Positions 35,120-45,070 of a DNA stretch of 64,000 nucleotides are shown here, in pieces. A program made the translations under genes and the position numbers. Origin of the DNA: a virus. The DNA lies in IMG/VR virus record IMGVR_UViG_3300037427_004270; one strand, 5' to 3'. How positions within the stretch are numbered: position 1 is the stretch's first letter; each line of letters begins with the position of its first letter. The notes under the pieces were generated by a model that saw nothing but the letters and a program-made list of their open reading frames with translations, was not told the DNA's origin and made no database searches.

Positions 35120-37021
35120 TTACTTTATTTCACAAGCTCCACCTGCACAAGCTAGCTCGCCCGACAGGTTAGTGTTGTCATCGTCTTCCACGACGAAACG
35201 CAAGTCAACAGATGACAAAGTTTCCATCATTGCTGCGTATGTATTTGCATCACAGTCCTCGAAAGGAGCTTGGACGTATGTTCCGCCGTCATATGGCAGA
35301 ATTGAAAGACCATTAAAGTGTCCTCTGTTTTCCCACATCCACTCGCCAACGATATCCCACTCATGTTCCCTAACTGATACGGTAGCTGAAATATTGTGAG
35401 TATTCTGGCCCTTGATGTGGCCTGGTCTGATCCATTTTTTGTTAAACCACTTCACTCTCTCAAGCAAGTCAATTGCAAGCTCATGACGAAGAATTGCGTC
35501 TTCTGGCGCTTTTTGAGGAATACTGATCACTGCAGTGTCGTGTGGTCGGAAATATTCGTCTTCTACCAACTCTGGGTGCCACTGGCTTAAATACCCATAA
35601 ATAGATTCGTTCTTGCCCACTCGAATACGTCGAACATAGTAGTCATTGTGCCAAGCGTGAATACCCGAACTACAACCTAGAGCCAGTGACGAGGTGCCTG
35701 CTGGCTTAATGGTAGTTACGCGAGCTGCTGGCTTAATGCCGATTAGTTTCGCTATTCTTCTATTTTCTTCTTTTGCGGCTGCTGCGGCTGCCTTCATGTC
35801 GTACTTCTGTGCAACGCCTGAGCCGATGCCAGTAAGACCGACGCCCAACAAGGCATCTTTCTCGGTCGTCTTTCTCCACACCGAGCGAAGATAGTGAAAG
35901 TCCGTATATCCAGCCTGCAATGTGCCAATCAGGGCTGCAGCGCGGGTTCTTTCTTCCAGGTCTTCCTGGCTCTCAATGTTGGAGACATTCACTTCACACA
36001 AGTTGCAGAACTGATATGGCCTTAGTGCAATTTCACAACATGGGTTTGTTCCCCAGTCTTTATCGTTTGATAGATAAATGCCCGGTTCTCCACTGTTGGA
36101 TAATTGAATTTTCTTCCATAAATCCATAAAAAATTCTTTATCTATCTGGTGGCGAAGCAACACTGCACTATTGTTTGCTCTGCCTCTCTGTGGATTCTTT
36201 TCCCACCAATTACCAAATTTACAGGAGATCATTTCTTCATCGTCGGCAGAAAATAGCGATATAAGAGCAGCACGACGAATGCCACCAGCAAGAACCGCAT
36301 CAGCGATATGGCAAACGACGTCATGTACTTGAATAGAGGAAAGCTGCTCACCGTCTGGTACCTCGTTAAGAATTGACTTTATCTGCCTAATACATATCTT
36401 CAATGGCTCTGGTCCGGGTGCTTTTCCGCCAGATGTCACAAGTCTGGCACCTTTTGGTCTAATATCAGAGAAATCAAAGTTTATCTCTGCACCACCTGTG
36501 AAATAAGACTTCATCAGGGCCTTTACTGCATCTGCCCAGCCCTCAATGGAATCCCCAATTAAAAAACGCTTCTTTTTGTCGTGTCTAGGCTTGCGAATTT
36601 CAGGAAGTTTTTCGACATGGTGTCTCTGGACCGAATATCCGACGCCTGTGCCTCCGAGCAGGAGAAATAGCGCCTCTGAGAAGGAACGCCAATCGTCCAT
36701 CGGCATGAAAGCACAATTGTAAATTCTGTTTGGACTAATTTCGATAGGCTTGCCACCGAATTGCAAAGAACGCATAGAAGGGAGTACTTTCTTAGCATGA
36801 ACCAGTTTATATGCCCTTTCGATCTCAAAAGAAAGTTCTGGGTATTTCTTCATGTGCATTTCTTTGTTCCTGTTCACTATTTCTTCCCACGTTTCTCGAC
36901 GCTTCTTGTCGTGGTCATAGCGAGCATATTTCATAAATACGGTGATATCGCTCAATATCCTTGTAGCTACTTCGGACTCTTTATTTTTTGTCTCTGTTGA
37001 TACTTCTGGTTCAGTGGGCAT
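35120..37021 (-). CDS. nrdJ: Class II (AdoCbl-dependent) monomeric ribonucleotide reductase
   Basis: PSMRSLQF, IYNCAF, GGIRRAA, GTNPCCEI, FCNLCE, TTIKPAGTSS, C-terminal CAGGAC. Confidence 0.9.
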   Translation of the reverse strand: MPTEPEVSTETKNKESEVATRILSDITVFMKYARYDHDKKRRETWEEIVNRNKEMHMKKYPELSFEIERAYKLVHAKKVLPSMRSLQFGGKPIEISPNRIYNCAFMPMDDWRSFSEALFLLLGGTGVGYSVQRHHVEKLPEIRKPRHDKKKRFLIGDSIEGWADAVKALMKSYFTGGAEINFDFSDIRPKGARLVTSGGKAPGPEPLKICIRQIKSILNEVPDGEQLSSIQVHDVVCHIADAVLAGGIRRAALISLFSADDEEMISCKFGNWWEKNPQRGRANNSAVLLRHQIDKEFFMDLWKKIQLSNSGEPGIYLSNDKDWGTNPCCEIALRPYQFCNLCEVNVSNIESQEDLEERTRAAALIGTLQAGYTDFHYLRSVWRKTTEKDALLGVGLTGIGSGVAQKYDMKAAAAAAKEENRRIAKLIGIKPAARVTTIKPAGTSSLALGCSSGIHAWHNDYYVRRIRVGKNESIYGYLSQWHPELVEDEYFRPHDTAVISIPQKAPEDAILRHELAIDLLERVKWFNKKWIRPGHIKGQNTHNISATVSVREHEWDIVGEWMWENRGHFNGLSILPYDGGTYVQAPFEDCDANTYAAMMETLSSVDLRFVVEDDDNTNLSGELACAGGACEIK

Positions 37022-38423
37022 TTTTGGACTCCTTCTTGTTCGCGTCGTTAAACTGTTTATATTTCTCTTTCATTGCCTTGGTATAATCTTGCTTCTTTTC
37101 TCTCTCGACAGATTCGATGGTCATCCCGTCATTAGGGAACACCTTCATATCTACCGAGCTAGTGTCAATGAACATGGGATAGGCTATACCATCAGGGCCG
37201 TTGCGGTTTTTAGCAACATACATAGTTCCCTTGTTCGCTTGCTTGTCTTCTGCTGTTCTCGATATAGTGCAGATAAAGTCAGCAATAAAGCACTTATTAA
37301 AGGCTTCACTAATCTGTTCAGGTTGCACTATTTGTGCATTATATCCCGCTCTATTTGTCTGTGAGGCCGTCCATACAGGACATTCATACTGTTGAGACAT
37401 CGCACGAAGATCTTCGTAAATTCCACCTAGTTCGTTCCTAAGTTCTCTTTGGGCTGAAACTGGTTTCAATAGATCTGCGTAGTCAACAATTATCATGTCT
37501 ATCTTGATGTCTCGCTTTCTTAATTTTTCCAGATGATTCCGCAAAGTTTGAGTAGATGCGGTCTTCGTCGGGTATTCTTTAACTATGAGATTGCCAAGGG
37601 AAAGGGAACTAATTTTTTCATAAATTTCATCTTTTAATCCATAGTGTGCGTTCAAAGTGAAGCCGGTAATACAACAATCATATCTCTTCGCAACGACAGT
37701 ATCTGCTAGCTCCAAAGTATAGTGAATCACGTTTAATCCGCTCTTGGCGGCCTGTGCGCCAAGGTGCACCAGTGCCATGGACTTTCCAGCACCAGTCGGA
37801 GCGATAACAACGCCCAGTTCGCCCTTGCCCAGGCCAGCGCCCGTGATCTGATCTACTTCTTTCCACCCTGTCGTGACCGGAGATCTCTCTCTTAGTACGA
37901 ACCTCTTTTCAAAATCCTTCATAAAGTCGTGGCCGAAGTTGTTGTCCGTCCCCAGTTTGCATGCGTCTTCAATAGATTTGAGGACTTTATCAAAGTCTTC
38001 CGTGTCCAAAAGGTCAACAGAATGAAGAAGTGCTTTTTTGATGCTCTGAGTTCTGCAAAAGTTTAAGGATCTATCCTTAATATACTTATGATCTTTGTGT
38101 TCCTCTTCTCTGCCGGCAATGAGCCTAGCAAACAACATTCTCACTTGTTTCTTTAATATCTCGCTATGGTCATCTAGCTCACCCCTGAGAATTGTCTCAA
38201 AAGCCGAGTCAGTGGGGTGAGACTCGTACTTTTGCTTATACGAGTAAACCTTTTCGACAAAAACCTGCAAATGTTTGTACTCAAAAAAGCTGTTCTGCAG
38301 AACCTCCCCTATCTGGTCAGAGAATGGCCTATCCTCATAAATAAGGATGGCCAACTTTTCTTGAAAAGACTTTGAGAAACCATAAGCTGAAAAGCTAGGT
38401 TTATTATTTTTTTCTTCAGTCAT
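37011..38423 (-). CDS. dnaB: Replicative DNA helicase (DnaB/T4 gp41-like)
   Basis: GELGVVIAPTGAGKS, IIVDYADLL, WTASQTNR, KNRNG. Confidence 0.92.
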   Translation of the reverse strand: MTEEKNNKPSFSAYGFSKSFQEKLAILIYEDRPFSDQIGEVLQNSFFEYKHLQVFVEKVYSYKQKYESHPTDSAFETILRGELDDHSEILKKQVRMLFARLIAGREEEHKDHKYIKDRSLNFCRTQSIKKALLHSVDLLDTEDFDKVLKSIEDACKLGTDNNFGHDFMKDFEKRFVLRERSPVTTGWKEVDQITGAGLGKGELGVVIAPTGAGKSMALVHLGAQAAKSGLNVIHYTLELADTVVAKRYDCCITGFTLNAHYGLKDEIYEKISSLSLGNLIVKEYPTKTASTQTLRNHLEKLRKRDIKIDMIIVDYADLLKPVSAQRELRNELGGIYEDLRAMSQQYECPVWTASQTNRAGYNAQIVQPEQISEAFNKCFIADFICTISRTAEDKQANKGTMYVAKNRNGPDGIAYPMFIDTSSVDMKVFPNDGMTIESVEREKKQDYTKAMKEKYKQFNDANKKESKNAH

Positions 38424-39471
38424 TTTTGCCTACCATGGAAATTTTGTTGAGGGCGATGAACAAGTCTGTCCAATCTGTAGAGGATATCCCGTCTTTGTGC
38501 ATGCACTTGACGATTTCAGTCCTATTAACACCCTTGTGGTAATTCTCCAAGGTAGATTTAACTTGCTTGAGCCCAACATAGGAGATGTTTGAGTTATCAA
38601 GCTGCATCATCCTGTAGTTTGTCAAGAAAGTCTGCTTTTGTTCTACGACCTTACCAAAAAATGCTGTCTTACCTTCTGCAACTTTGTCCATACAATAATC
38701 TAACACATGTTCGGTAGAGTGTGAAACATCTTCGGATAAAAAAGGCAATCTTTTTGCAACTGTCTTCAATCCAACACCCGGTATGCCTGGTAGATTATCA
38801 GACTTATCCCCTGCCATAGCCCGAGCAAGGGCGATATTAAGAGGATGTATTTTATATTCATCGCAAACAGTTACTGTGTTTATTATCTGATAGTCCTGTT
38901 TTGGCAAAGGCCGATAAAGAACTGTCTCGCTATCACAACATTGCAAAAAGTCTCTATCTGATGATATGATTACTTTTTGTTGTCCCGCAAAGACATCCGA
39001 CTTGGCAACGTAAGAAATTATGTCATCTGCCTCTACGTTGTTTAGCATCAATTGACACACAGGCATCTCGTTGAGGTACTGTACAAGCCTAGTTTGCTGC
39101 CATATTTTATTTTTTACCTCTTGTTGCTCGTCAAGAAGCCGGATGTTCCTATTAAGTCGAACAGGCTTTCTGCCCTGCTTGTATCCCCTGTTTATCCGCT
39201 TCCTCTTGATAGAGCCGCCTGGACCGTCCCAAACAACCACAATATCTGTGGGGCTCAAGATCCTGCAGTACTTCTGCAAGGACATAAGGAAACCCTTGAG
39301 GCCGCCGATGGGCTCACCGTTTGGACTAATAGTCGGATTAATGACGTATGATCTCAAGTAAGTATTGAGGCCGTCAATTATGATGACTCGCTTCTTCAAG
39401 TTATCTGGCCCGTGTCCAATCCGTGGTAATGCTTTTGTGTTCTTTTCCAATTTTGACGACGACGTGTACAT
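38416..39471 (-). CDS. 5'-3' exonuclease / flap endonuclease (T4 RNase H-like)
   Basis: IIIDGLN, VVWDG, YKQGR, VEADDII, SSDRDFLQ, GDKSDNLPGIPGVGLKT. Confidence 0.92.
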   Translation of the reverse strand: MYTSSSKLEKNTKALPRIGHGPDNLKKRVIIIDGLNTYLRSYVINPTISPNGEPIGGLKGFLMSLQKYCRILSPTDIVVVWDGPGGSIKRKRINRGYKQGRKPVRLNRNIRLLDEQQEVKNKIWQQTRLVQYLNEMPVCQLMLNNVEADDIISYVAKSDVFAGQQKVIISSDRDFLQCCDSETVLYRPLPKQDYQIINTVTVCDEYKIHPLNIALARAMAGDKSDNLPGIPGVGLKTVAKRLPFLSEDVSHSTEHVLDYCMDKVAEGKTAFFGKVVEQKQTFLTNYRMMQLDNSNISYVGLKQVKSTLENYHKGVNRTEIVKCMHKDGISSTDWTDLFIALNKISMVGKND

Positions 39472-39703
39472 CTCCGAGCTCCTCTCGTACTACTTCTGCT
39501 ACTCTAGTAACTGTTGCTATATTGTGTTTAGACATGTCAAGTTCATACTTGTACTCTCCGACTTCGGCGGATAAATGAGTATTTTCAAGCAATTCATCAA
39601 CCAAACTCTTCCACTTCGTCGAAACATCCTTATCGCTACTCTTATCTTTCGTAAGAGCGTCCTTTGTTATGTTTCTCAATTTACTTCTATTTCTTGGGCG
39701 CAT
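39401..39703 (-). CDS. Hypothetical protein
   Basis: GGAGG RBS before MRPRNR, just downstream of tRNA-Ile. Confidence 0.6.
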   Translation of the reverse strand: MRPRNRSKLRNITKDALTKDKSSDKDVSTKWKSLVDELLENTHLSAEVGEYKYELDMSKHNIATVTRVAEVVREELGDVHVVVKIGKEHKSITTDWTRAR

Positions 39704-39723
39704 TGGCCACCTCCTTTTTTTTC

Positions 39724-39799
39724 TGGTAGGCAAGGCAGGAGTTGAACCTGCGACTTCCCGCTTATAAGACGGACGTTCTCACCACTGAACTACTTGCCC
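39724..39799 (-). tRNA. tRNA-Ile (UAU anticodon)
   Basis: Full cloverleaf, anticodon loop CTTATAA, discriminator A, encoded CCA. Confidence 0.92.
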
Positions 39800-40041
39800 T
39801 AATAAAAGATTACTTCTTCTGGCTTAATAGATGTTCTTCTATTACCGTACTCTTCCTTGTCAAAGACAAAAACACACAGGTTTTGGCCTCGCTGTCCCTC
39901 GACGATGCCAAGGTGGGTGCCCCGGTCATCTGTCCACTTCACTATTTTAGAGAAGTGCTTGCCTTTTCGATATTTCCCAACAACAAGACTGTAATCTGGC
40001 TCTTCGTGGTATCTACTCTTGTTGTATCTCGACACTTTCAC
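39799..40041 (-). CDS. Hypothetical SH3-like protein
   Basis: 80-aa ORF, GGAG RBS. Confidence 0.55.
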   Translation of the reverse strand: MKVSRYNKSRYHEEPDYSLVVGKYRKGKHFSKIVKWTDDRGTHLGIVEGQRGQNLCVFVFDKEEYGNRRTSIKPEEVIFY

Positions 40042-40204
40042 TCCTCTGCTCGTATTTCGATATTAAACTCTGGTAACATGTGCGACAGTCGCCGCACTTA
40101 TATGACTTCTTTACTTTATCCGCGAACTCTTCCTTCGAAGAGGACTCGCTACGCATCCGATCAATGTCTTCCTCTGTTCTATAACTGCAAAGACATAGTA
40201 TCAT
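40013..40204 (-). CDS. bfd: Bfd-like [2Fe-2S] protein
   Basis: MILCLC...TEEDI...KCGDC = CXC-X31-CXXC as in bacterioferritin-associated ferredoxin; GGGAGG RBS. Confidence 0.7.
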   Translation of the reverse strand: MILCLCSYRTEEDIDRMRSESSSKEEFADKVKKSYKCGDCRTCYQSLISKYEQRSESVEIQQE

Positions 40205-40219
40205 AAGCAACCTCCCATG

Positions 40220-42556
40220 TCAAGACACAAAAGCATGTTCCAAAACTTCGCCAATCTCTTTGACAAAGACGAATTCTACCTCTTCTTTAACAATGTCCGG
40301 GACATCAATTAAATCCTTCTCGTTCTTCGCTGGCATGAGGATCTTTTTAATACCTCCGCGATGTGCAGCCAGAACCTTCTCTTTGATACCCCCCACAGGC
40401 AGCACAAGCCCCCGTAAGGTTATTTCTCCAGTCATTGCGACCTCGTGGTTAACTTTCTTGCCAGTAAGCAGAGAAACGAGCGCAGTGGTTATCGTGATGC
40501 CTGCAGATGGGCCGTCTTTTGGGGTTGCACCTGCTGGGAAGTGGACATGAAAATCTTCCTCTTCCATGAACCTGCCCTCGTCGTCTCCAAGGCCCCACTC
40601 TTTAGCGCGTGAACGAACAAGACTTAGTGCTGTGTTGGCAGACTCTGACATCACTTCTCCGAGCTTACCAGTTAAGGATAATTTTCCTTTCCCTGGCATT
40701 TTTGTAGTTTCGATAAAAAGCAGGTCGCCTCCGACTGCAGTCCATGCAAGTCCGGTTGCAACGCCAGTCTTAGAAGTTCTTTCTGCCACTTCGTTCTCAA
40801 ACTTCTGAGGACCAAGGACTTCTTCAAGCTTATCAGAGGTGATAGCCACCTTCTCTTCTAATTCTTTTGCAATTTGAACTGCTATATAACGAGAGACTGC
40901 TGCCATTTGTCTTTTTAGGCCTCGGACTCCTGCCTCTCTGGTGTGTTTTTCAATAATCTCTTGAATAACCTCATCGGACATTTCAACCGAGTCTTCCTCG
41001 ACGCCATGCTTCTCTACTTCCTGCTTGATCAGGTGCCTCTTTGCAATCTGCAACTTCTCTTCGTGGGTATATCCACTTAGCTCGATAATTTCCATCCTAT
41101 CGCGCAAAGGCAGAGGGACGCCGGAAATACTATTTGCAGTTGCAATGAACAAAACAGAAGATAGATCAAAGTCCATCTCCAGATAGTGATCACTAAAGGT
41201 ATCATTTTGCTCTGGGTCTAAAACCTCCAACATAGCAGATGATGGATCTCCCCTGTAGTCTGAGGACATTTTGTCAATCTCATCTAAGAGGAATACTGGG
41301 TTATTTACCCCCACCTTCTTTAGGCCTTGTAAAATTCTACCTGGTAATGCGCCAACGTAGGTTCTTCTATGTCCCCTAATCTCCGACTCATCTTTGACAC
41401 CACCGAGAGAGATTCTATGGAACTTTCTCCCCAAGGCTGTCGCGATAGACTTGCCTAGAGATGTTTTACCAACTCCCGGAGGCCCTAACAAGCAAAGGAT
41501 TGGACCCTTCATATCATCTTTGAGCTTTCTCACTGCGAGATATTCAATGATGCGCTTCTTGACTTTATCTAGCCCGTAATGATCATCATCCAAAATGTCT
41601 TGGGCTTCTTCCAGATCATTTGAGTCAATGGTGCTAGCTGACCATGGCATATCTAAAATAGTTTCCACATAAGTTCTGGCTACATTATATTCAGCCTGGC
41701 TCGGCTGAATGTTCTTTAGTTTTTCAATCTCTTTATCAAAAGTCTTTTGAGCTTCGTCTGGTAGGTTTGCCTTTCTTGCTCTTTCTATAAAACCTGAAAC
41801 AAGATCGTCACCTTCTTCGTACTCGTTAAGTTCTTCTTTGATGACTTTCATTTGTTGACGCAAGTAGTACTCTCTCTGGGTCTTACTCATCTCTCCTCTT
41901 ACTTGGGAGTTTATCTTTTCCGAGATCTTTAACACTTCTGCTTGTTTTTCGAGCAGCGAAATGACCAAAGAGAGTCTCGCAGTTAGATTGACGGCCTCAA
42001 GAACTTCCTGCTTTTCGTCAATAGTAGCCTCTATATTGGCAGTAATTAAGTCGGCTAAATGGCCAGGGGTATCTATGGATTCCAACAACTGCTTGGCCAT
42101 CATCGGGATGTCAGGCAATAGGTCCATGACCTCAGAGGCCAAGCTTTGTAGGTGATCCATGAGGTCCATGACAACCTCGTCAACCTCTTGGTCTTCCACC
42201 ATCTCCACTTTTGCAACAAAGTATGGCTCTGTTTCTTCAAACTTCTTTACGGAAAAACGAGACACACCCTCAACAACAATGTTGTACCCAAAAGTGTCTG
42301 TTTTTGCAACTTTTATAATCTTCGCAAGAGTTCCAACACGATAAACGTCTTTTGCAGTGGGATCACTTACCTCTGGCTTGTGTTGGCTTACGATACCGAT
42401 ATACTTGTTCTCTCGTACTGCGTCCTCGATGAGCTTGACTGTCTTCTCTCTTCCAACAGTCAGTGGCATAATAGCACCGGGGAAGAAAACACTGTTCCTC
42501 AAAGGAACAATGGGCAGTGAAATTGTATTCTCGTTTTCTTTTGTTGTCATTTTCAT
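40220..42556 (-). CDS. lon: ATP-dependent Lon protease
   Basis: N-domain LPIVPLRNSVFFPG, GPPGVGKTS, LLDEIDK, PKDGPSAG catalytic Ser, GGIKEK. Confidence 0.97.
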   Translation of the reverse strand: MKMTTKENENTISLPIVPLRNSVFFPGAIMPLTVGREKTVKLIEDAVRENKYIGIVSQHKPEVSDPTAKDVYRVGTLAKIIKVAKTDTFGYNIVVEGVSRFSVKKFEETEPYFVAKVEMVEDQEVDEVVMDLMDHLQSLASEVMDLLPDIPMMAKQLLESIDTPGHLADLITANIEATIDEKQEVLEAVNLTARLSLVISLLEKQAEVLKISEKINSQVRGEMSKTQREYYLRQQMKVIKEELNEYEEGDDLVSGFIERARKANLPDEAQKTFDKEIEKLKNIQPSQAEYNVARTYVETILDMPWSASTIDSNDLEEAQDILDDDHYGLDKVKKRIIEYLAVRKLKDDMKGPILCLLGPPGVGKTSLGKSIATALGRKFHRISLGGVKDESEIRGHRRTYVGALPGRILQGLKKVGVNNPVFLLDEIDKMSSDYRGDPSSAMLEVLDPEQNDTFSDHYLEMDFDLSSVLFIATANSISGVPLPLRDRMEIIELSGYTHEEKLQIAKRHLIKQEVEKHGVEEDSVEMSDEVIQEIIEKHTREAGVRGLKRQMAAVSRYIAVQIAKELEEKVAITSDKLEEVLGPQKFENEVAERTSKTGVATGLAWTAVGGDLLFIETTKMPGKGKLSLTGKLGEVMSESANTALSLVRSRAKEWGLGDDEGRFMEEEDFHVHFPAGATPKDGPSAGITITTALVSLLTGKKVNHEVAMTGEITLRGLVLPVGGIKEKVLAAHRGGIKKILMPAKNEKDLIDVPDIVKEEVEFVFVKEIGEVLEHAFVS

Positions 42557-42565
42557 TTCCTCTTA

Positions 42566-42796
42566 TTAATTGGCTCTAGAATCTTCTATGCTAATAATAC
42601 TTAGATACCTTATTATATCAAAAGGCCCCTCTAGTGTCAATACAATATTGTATTCACTTAAACTATACTCATTTTCGAGCTCTTTGCTGTATTCAAATGC
42701 ATCACTTGTGTTTTCAAAGATCTTTGAATGTACGACAGAAAAGGGTTCCTTCTGCACAACGACGACTGATGATGTTTTTTCATCAGACCACCTCAT
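42566..42796 (-). CDS. Hypothetical protein
   Basis: 76-aa ORF overlapping the RecA stop. Confidence 0.45.
   Translation of the reverse strand: MRWSDEKTSSVVVVQKEPFSVVHSKIFENTSDAFEYSKELENEYSLSEYNIVLTLEGPFDIIRYLSIISIEDSRAN
42612..42640 (-). promoter_or_regulatory. Consensus sigma70 promoter upstream of lon
   Basis: TTGACA-17-TATAAT with TGn extension. Confidence 0.8.
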
Positions 42797-43937
42797 CTAA
42801 GTTTTCGCTGCCGGAAGATTCTGATTCAATATCGTAAAACTTGCTGGCATCTCCTTCTCTTTTATCAAACTTTTGTATAATCTCCTCATCAAAGATTTCC
42901 ATAACCGCCTGCCTAAAGGCTGCATTTTCCATTTTCTTTTCGAAGGTCTTCTTTTGAAACTTTTCCGCTTTTCCGTCGGGCATCTTCAAGGAATACCAAG
43001 CTCCCGAGCGATCTACTGCAGAGGTTGTCTCTATTGCTGTGAAGATACTCTCCTCGTCTAATATTTTAACATCTGCGCCGCCCCATAAGATCTTGAAGCG
43101 ACACTCGCGACCCTCAGTTCCGAATCTAGACTTTTTAAGCTTTACTTTGACTTCAGACCCTGCCTTGAAGCCCTTTTCATCAAGAAAATAGGAAGCTTTT
43201 GACTTCGGTGCTGTCAAATAAACGCGCAAAGAAGATGCGTAATGCATGGACTTGCCGCCAGGAGTTACATACGGGTTAATCATCGCGGAAACGTGATCGC
43301 CTGGACGTGGAATGTTTGTCTTTAGTTGGTTTGTTACCAAGAATGTGTTTCCTGTTTCCGATAGGGGAACGACCAGCTTCATCATGGCCTTTGAGAGAAT
43401 TCTTGCCTTCAGTGCCATTGTCTCTTGTGGATTAAAGCCCCCTTCTACATCAGTAGAGGTTGGCGTGTTAGCCAAGGAGTCCCAAATAAATAAAGTTCTT
43501 CTTGCACCATTGGCGATAATTGAGTCAATTGCCTCAAGCATCTGTTCGACGCTATATGTCGTAATGTAAAGAAACTTGTCCTCTTGACATCCGATCTTTA
43601 AGAGAAAGTCTTCGTCGATGGCAGCCTCTGAGTCGAAGTATACAACGTCAATGCCCATCTTATTTGCATTTGCTGCGATCATGGCAGCGAGATAGGACTT
43701 TCCTGAACCTTCCAGGCCTGCAATCTCTGTTATCTTTCCGACGGGGATACCGCCCTTTTTGCCGCGACAGATGATTCCATCCAGCCATGTACTTCCAGTC
43801 GGAATCCACTCTTTGACATTCGTTGGGTTCTCGCCGCTGTTTAGCTGCCTTGCGACAGTCATTCCTGCCTGCTTATTAAGGATATCTTTAATGTTGTTGA
43901 GGGATATCTTTCCAATTGACTTATTCTTTTTCGCCAT
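42783..43937 (-). CDS. recA: RecA/UvsX-like recombinase
   Basis: GIPVGKITEIAGLEGSGKS, YFDSEAA, IWDSLA, NQLK, TPGGKSMHYASS. Confidence 0.95.
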   Translation of the reverse strand: MAKKNKSIGKISLNNIKDILNKQAGMTVARQLNSGENPTNVKEWIPTGSTWLDGIICRGKKGGIPVGKITEIAGLEGSGKSYLAAMIAANANKMGIDVVYFDSEAAIDEDFLLKIGCQEDKFLYITTYSVEQMLEAIDSIIANGARRTLFIWDSLANTPTSTDVEGGFNPQETMALKARILSKAMMKLVVPLSETGNTFLVTNQLKTNIPRPGDHVSAMINPYVTPGGKSMHYASSLRVYLTAPKSKASYFLDEKGFKAGSEVKVKLKKSRFGTEGRECRFKILWGGADVKILDEESIFTAIETTSAVDRSGAWYSLKMPDGKAEKFQKKTFEKKMENAAFRQAVMEIFDEEIIQKFDKREGDASKFYDIESESSGSENLDEVV

Positions 43938-43951
43938 TAAAGGCTCCTTTT

Positions 43952-43980
43952 AAAAAATGCGGGGGGACGAGCCCCCCGCT
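43952..43980 (-). terminator. Intrinsic terminator after the SSB gene
   Basis: GC-rich GCGGGG...CCCCGC stem followed by ATTTTTT. Confidence 0.8.
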
Positions 43981-43986
43981 TGGTTA

Positions 43987-44769
43987 CTATTCAAACAGCT
44001 CGCTGAAAGCTTCGTCAACAGACTTGCTCCCAGTTGATGTGGCTGCTGCCGCTGCTGCTCCCGCAACAACAACCTCATCCTTTCCCGGTGCATCCTCAGA
44101 TGAGGAGTCAGAGGGGTTGAGGTGATCATCTAGTAAAACTTGAACCTCTGCAGTGGTCTTCTGCTCGAACATCCCAGTGAGTTCTGGAATCTTTGCCAAC
44201 AAAGTTTCGCACTCGTCCTCAGAAGCGTCTACACACACAGGCGTTGTTTTGCGCTTTGGTGTGATATTCGTTTGTGGAAAGGATGCCCCTGCAGGCTTAC
44301 CGTATGCAAGATCCAGGTCAGTACCAGAGTCTGCATCAGTAATATCTCCGTAGTCCGGGTTCAACACAAGATTCAAGAGTGTTTCGTACACTTTCTTGCC
44401 ATATCCCCACACTTTTGGGCCTTCCATCTCTTCGCCACGAACAAGGACTGCTGAGAAAAAACGCTGACGAGCCGTCAGGTCTTTAGCCATCTTGACGCTA
44501 CCCTCATCGCCTTCGCGATACAACGACTTAGCAAAGTCGCACACAGGGCACTGTTCTCCCAAGTTCTTGCTCGGACACAGAAAGCCAGAGTTCTTGCCTA
44601 CATTATAGTGGAAGAAGTAAGACGGAAAAGGATCTCCGTCGGCGGCTGGCAGGATGCGAATTGTTTGCTTCCCGTCTTGTGGACGCCAAAAGTTGCTACC
44701 GCCTGAGCCGTTGCCACGACTTTGCAGGGTGCCTAGTTTTTCTCTCATTTTATTTAAATCAATACCCAT
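43987..44769 (-). CDS. Single-stranded DNA-binding protein (T4 gp32-like)
   Basis: NFWRP.DG..TIRILP, HY...C...CPVC Zn ligands, WGYGKKVY, GDITD..SG.D, acidic tail VDEAFSELFE. Confidence 0.85.
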   Translation of the reverse strand: MGIDLNKMREKLGTLQSRGNGSGGSNFWRPQDGKQTIRILPAADGDPFPSYFFHYNVGKNSGFLCPSKNLGEQCPVCDFAKSLYREGDEGSVKMAKDLTARQRFFSAVLVRGEEMEGPKVWGYGKKVYETLLNLVLNPDYGDITDADSGTDLDLAYGKPAGASFPQTNITPKRKTTPVCVDASEDECETLLAKIPELTGMFEQKTTAEVQVLLDDHLNPSDSSSEDAPGKDEVVVAGAAAAAATSTGSKSVDEAFSELFE

Positions 44770-44809
44770 TATATTTTCTCCTTGTTAAAGACATAAGGCA
44801 AATGTCCCA

Positions 44810-45070
44810 TTATGCCTGGTTGGTTAAAAGTTTTTCCTCTACGTCGAGTTGTTTCAAGTTTCCGATGGCCTTTTCAAAGTTAAAAACTCTAAAGCCGCTA
44901 GTATCGAGATCCCAAACTAATTCTGATCCCTCTCGGATGCTCGACTTTCCGCTACCCTTTATTTTATCATCTAAAAAGGCTTTTGGTAAGTCCTCGAACT
45001 TAATAAATGTCATTTCTCTCAAAGTTCCATCTTTCTTTACAAATTTACCCTTATACGCTTTCATGCTCAT
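44810..45070 (-). CDS. Small Sm/SH3-like protein (WYL_2/DUF2693-like)
   Basis: GKFVKKDGTLREM...VWDLDTSGFRVF pattern; AGGAG RBS. Confidence 0.6.
   Translation of the reverse strand: MSMKAYKGKFVKKDGTLREMTFIKFEDLPKAFLDDKIKGSGKSSIREGSELVWDLDTSGFRVFNFEKAIGNLKQLDVEEKLLTNQA

Noticed and set aside
28997-38423. Inteins or introns in dnaE, nrdJ or the helicase
   Set aside because: Protein lengths are normal, with no intein-like boundaries or LAGLIDADG/HNH insertions visible
40195-40223. TTGACA-17-TACTAT promoter-like match
   Set aside because: It overlaps the RBS and start of the Bfd-like gene and the end of lon, so it is not clearly functional
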